Positions 25,372-27,174 of a stretch of DNA of 27,174 nt are shown here, in pieces (position 1 is the first letter of the stretch; the number at the start of each line of letters is the position of its first letter). This DNA comes from a virus (lineage: Duplodnaviria; Caudoviricetes): IMG/VR virus record IMGVR_UViG_3300030376_005442, positions 1-27,174 of that record; one strand, written 5' to 3'. The notes under the pieces are model-generated. The model was not told the DNA's origin. It saw only the letters and a program-made list of their open reading frames with translations, and searched no databases. The position numbers and the translations under genes are program-made.

Positions 25372-27174
25372 TTATTCAGCTTCTAGGAAGTCTTTTGCAA
25401 AATCCCTATGTCTGTGTTTGGGAGCGTCAAAACTATCTTCCGTTCCAGGGGAAGCGTTCTTATTGACAAACGGTGTTTTGTCAAAACTACTTTTGTCAAA
25501 AGTATTTGCCTCTAAAGAATCCGCACCAGGACTTTTGACAAAATGGACTTTTGACAATTCGTCTTTGTCAATAAGATCCGTTCCAGTAGAAGGGGTTTGA
25601 GTTAATACACACTTATTATCGGGCGTTAAGGAAACTGGCTCTTTTCGGAACGTTTTTAGTATCGTACCAAGAGCAATATAAAAAGCTGGAGGACGACCCT
25701 TAAAAGATGCACTTTCTGGCGGATCGCATTTAGTAATTAACTTCTGAGCAAGCAACTTTGAAAGGCTATATCGAATGGCACGTTTCTTATGCAAACCACC
25801 CACCTGATCATGTTCAGTTAGTAAGTCAGCAGACCAGGGAACCTTTTCCTCTCTCATCAATTTGAGTATGTCCAGCATGTGCTGATTAGGTGTGCTGTCT
25901 TTAACCGTATTCTTTCCATCTGGAACGGGACCAATGGTGTACGTGTAATCAGGGAGCAAACTAAACAACATTTTCTGCCCTTCTCTGTCATCCCTAGATT
26001 TCTCTACGGTCACAATTCTGCTATTGAAGGGAGCTGCCATCTCAGCTAATTCCTTGTTACTCACTTTCTGCATATTCCACGTTTCATCTACAGCAGCCTT
26101 AATCGCAGATGTTCCCCTAAAACCACCGTTCCTATTGTTGTGATGGATCACAATAATTGAACAAGCACCAAAATCCTGACCATTCCTTCTAGCCAACCTC
26201 TTTAGAGGAAGTGCATACTCTCTTCTATTTTCTTCGTAAGGGTTTGAATCGTTACAGCCATCAAGACTGTCTATAACAACCAAGTCATATCTACCTTTTT
26301 TACCTGTACCACCTCCTTGGATCTTGCAGAATTTCCTATACCAAGCCATATCCCATTCACCAATAACATCAACACCCCTATCAACACCGATCAGATTGAA
26401 CTGCCTTCTTGTAATCCTTTCACTCTGATCCCCATTCAACCAGAGACATTTTCCTCTTTCTATATCAACTAAACCCCCATGAACATTAAAGTTTCTCCCT
26501 TGGCTGATGTGCTTACAGAGTGTTTGACACATAGCAGATTTACCAGTACCACCATCTGCATGAATCAAAAGCAGCCAAGGTTTAGGTAGTAAACCAGGAA
26601 TTAAATATTCAAAAGCAGTGTCATCTAGATCCGCAACATCTTTAGGCTTACCACCTGCGTTCCTCTTATAGGAAAGGTGAGCATCAATCAACCTATCAAT
26701 CGCAACCGCCCCTTCCCTGGAACGTCCAGCTTCCATAGCTAGAACTGTTTTTGCTTGGTCGAGTAAAGCTGGATCTTCTATCTCTTCCTCAAGATCCAGA
26801 CCTCTAGCAATTAATTCCTCACCATTCAAATATTCAAACTTTACTTTCTGAGGTTGTTTCTCGATCTCATCCACCAACGATGCAATATCGTCCCTTTGAA
26901 ATCGTGACCTCGTTGGATCAATCTCATCTGCTTCAGCAATAAGACTCCCAAACCCTCTTATGTTTCCAGTGTGCTTCCAATTCCTATTCCACTTCTTTTC
27001 ACAAGGATTCCCCTTGGTGCGTAAACCTTCTGCTGACCAATCCCATGAATACTCAGGATCTCTTCTTGACCAGTCTTCCCATACTTTTAAACCTTCTTTA
27101 CCAGGAAGTTCAGAGTTAATCATTGCTCCGACTTGCCACCAATAATCCTCTGAGTAAGCACCCTTTGGAGGAAT
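25372..27174 (-). CDS. Primase-helicase (PriCT-2-like domain, RepA/AAA_25-type helicase, C-terminal winged-helix-like domain); N-terminus outside the window
   Basis: Frame is open to the right edge (IPPKGAYSEDYWWQVGAMINSEL..GLKVWEDWS, PriCT-2-like); YLIPGLLP, Walker A ADGGTGKS, Walker B LVVIDS, IIVIHH..GGFRGTSAI and VEKSR. Confidence 0.9.
   Translation of the reverse strand: MPPKGAYSEDYWWQVGAMINSELPGKEGLKVWEDWSRRDPEYSWDWSAEGLRTKGNPCEKKWNRNWKHTGNIRGFGSLIAEADEIDPTRSRFQRDDIASLVDEIEKQPQKVKFEYLNGEELIARGLDLEEEIEDPALLDQAKTVLAMEAGRSREGAVAIDRLIDAHLSYKRNAGGKPKDVADLDDTAFEYLIPGLLPKPWLLLIHADGGTGKSAMCQTLCKHISQGRNFNVHGGLVDIERGKCLWLNGDQSERITRRQFNLIGVDRGVDVIGEWDMAWYRKFCKIQGGGTGKKGRYDLVVIDSLDGCNDSNPYEENRREYALPLKRLARRNGQDFGACSIIVIHHNNRNGGFRGTSAIKAAVDETWNMQKVSNKELAEMAAPFNSRIVTVEKSRDDREGQKMLFSLLPDYTYTIGPVPDGKNTVKDSTPNQHMLDILKLMREEKVPWSADLLTEHDQVGGLHKKRAIRYSLSKLLAQKLITKCDPPESASFKGRPPAFYIALGTILKTFRKEPVSLTPDNKCVLTQTPSTGTDLIDKDELSKVHFVKSPGADSLEANTFDKSSFDKTPFVNKNASPGTEDSFDAPKHRHRDFAKDFLEAE
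25439..25586. repeat. Iteron-like array and large imperfect inverted repeat; candidate replication origin
   Basis: Six TTTTG(A/T)CAAAA-like boxes at 25461, 25476, 25491, 25533, 25549 and 25563; 46-bp inverted arms at 25458-25503 and 25531-25576; flanking direct repeat TCCGTTCCAG at 25439 and 25577. Confidence 0.8.

Noticed and set aside
25458-25576. Repeat array as a CRISPR array or MITE
   Set aside because: Boxes are 11 bp with 3-5 bp gaps, there are no spacer-sized unique sequences or cas genes, and the array is in frame within a CDS. An origin-like array fits better, although the flanking 10-bp direct repeat means an old insertion cannot be fully excluded.
15293-27145. Shadow ORFs at 15293, 16760, 17193, 17593, 19911, 20175, 22130, 22838, 25418 and 26960
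   Set aside because: They overlap better-supported, translationally coupled genes and have no independent evidence.

Overview
A 27 kb internal fragment of a tailed dsDNA phage with a lambda-type non-contractile tail tip. It is AT-rich, and the small-gene content looks like a marine picocyanobacterial siphovirus (host is inferred, not shown). Layout: (1) 1-14318 (+): tape measure (5'-truncated), gpM/gpL/gpK/gpI/gpJ-like tail tip genes, then a large multi-gene tail fibre module with a chaperone. (2) 14320-19640: a mixed-orientation block of small membrane and signal-peptide proteins, unannotated microproteins and a structured non-coding patch, at the usual lysis-gene position but with no recognisable endolysin. 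(3) 19637-27174 (-): early/replication genes, including a stand-alone NrdR-like Zn ribbon, an RHH-like protein, a family A DNA polymerase and a 5'-truncated PriCT-2/AAA primase-helicase. Most notable: a possible phage-encoded envelope/secretion cassette with a TolC-repeat-like subunit and secreted beta-rich proteins; a symmetric six-box iteron-like array inside the primase-helicase CDS; a gpL lacking its Fe-S domain; and a possible head-to-tail docking pattern among fibre proteins. No tRNA, rRNA, CRISPR array, integrase or IS was recognised. All family assignments come from motif recognition by eye; no searches were run.
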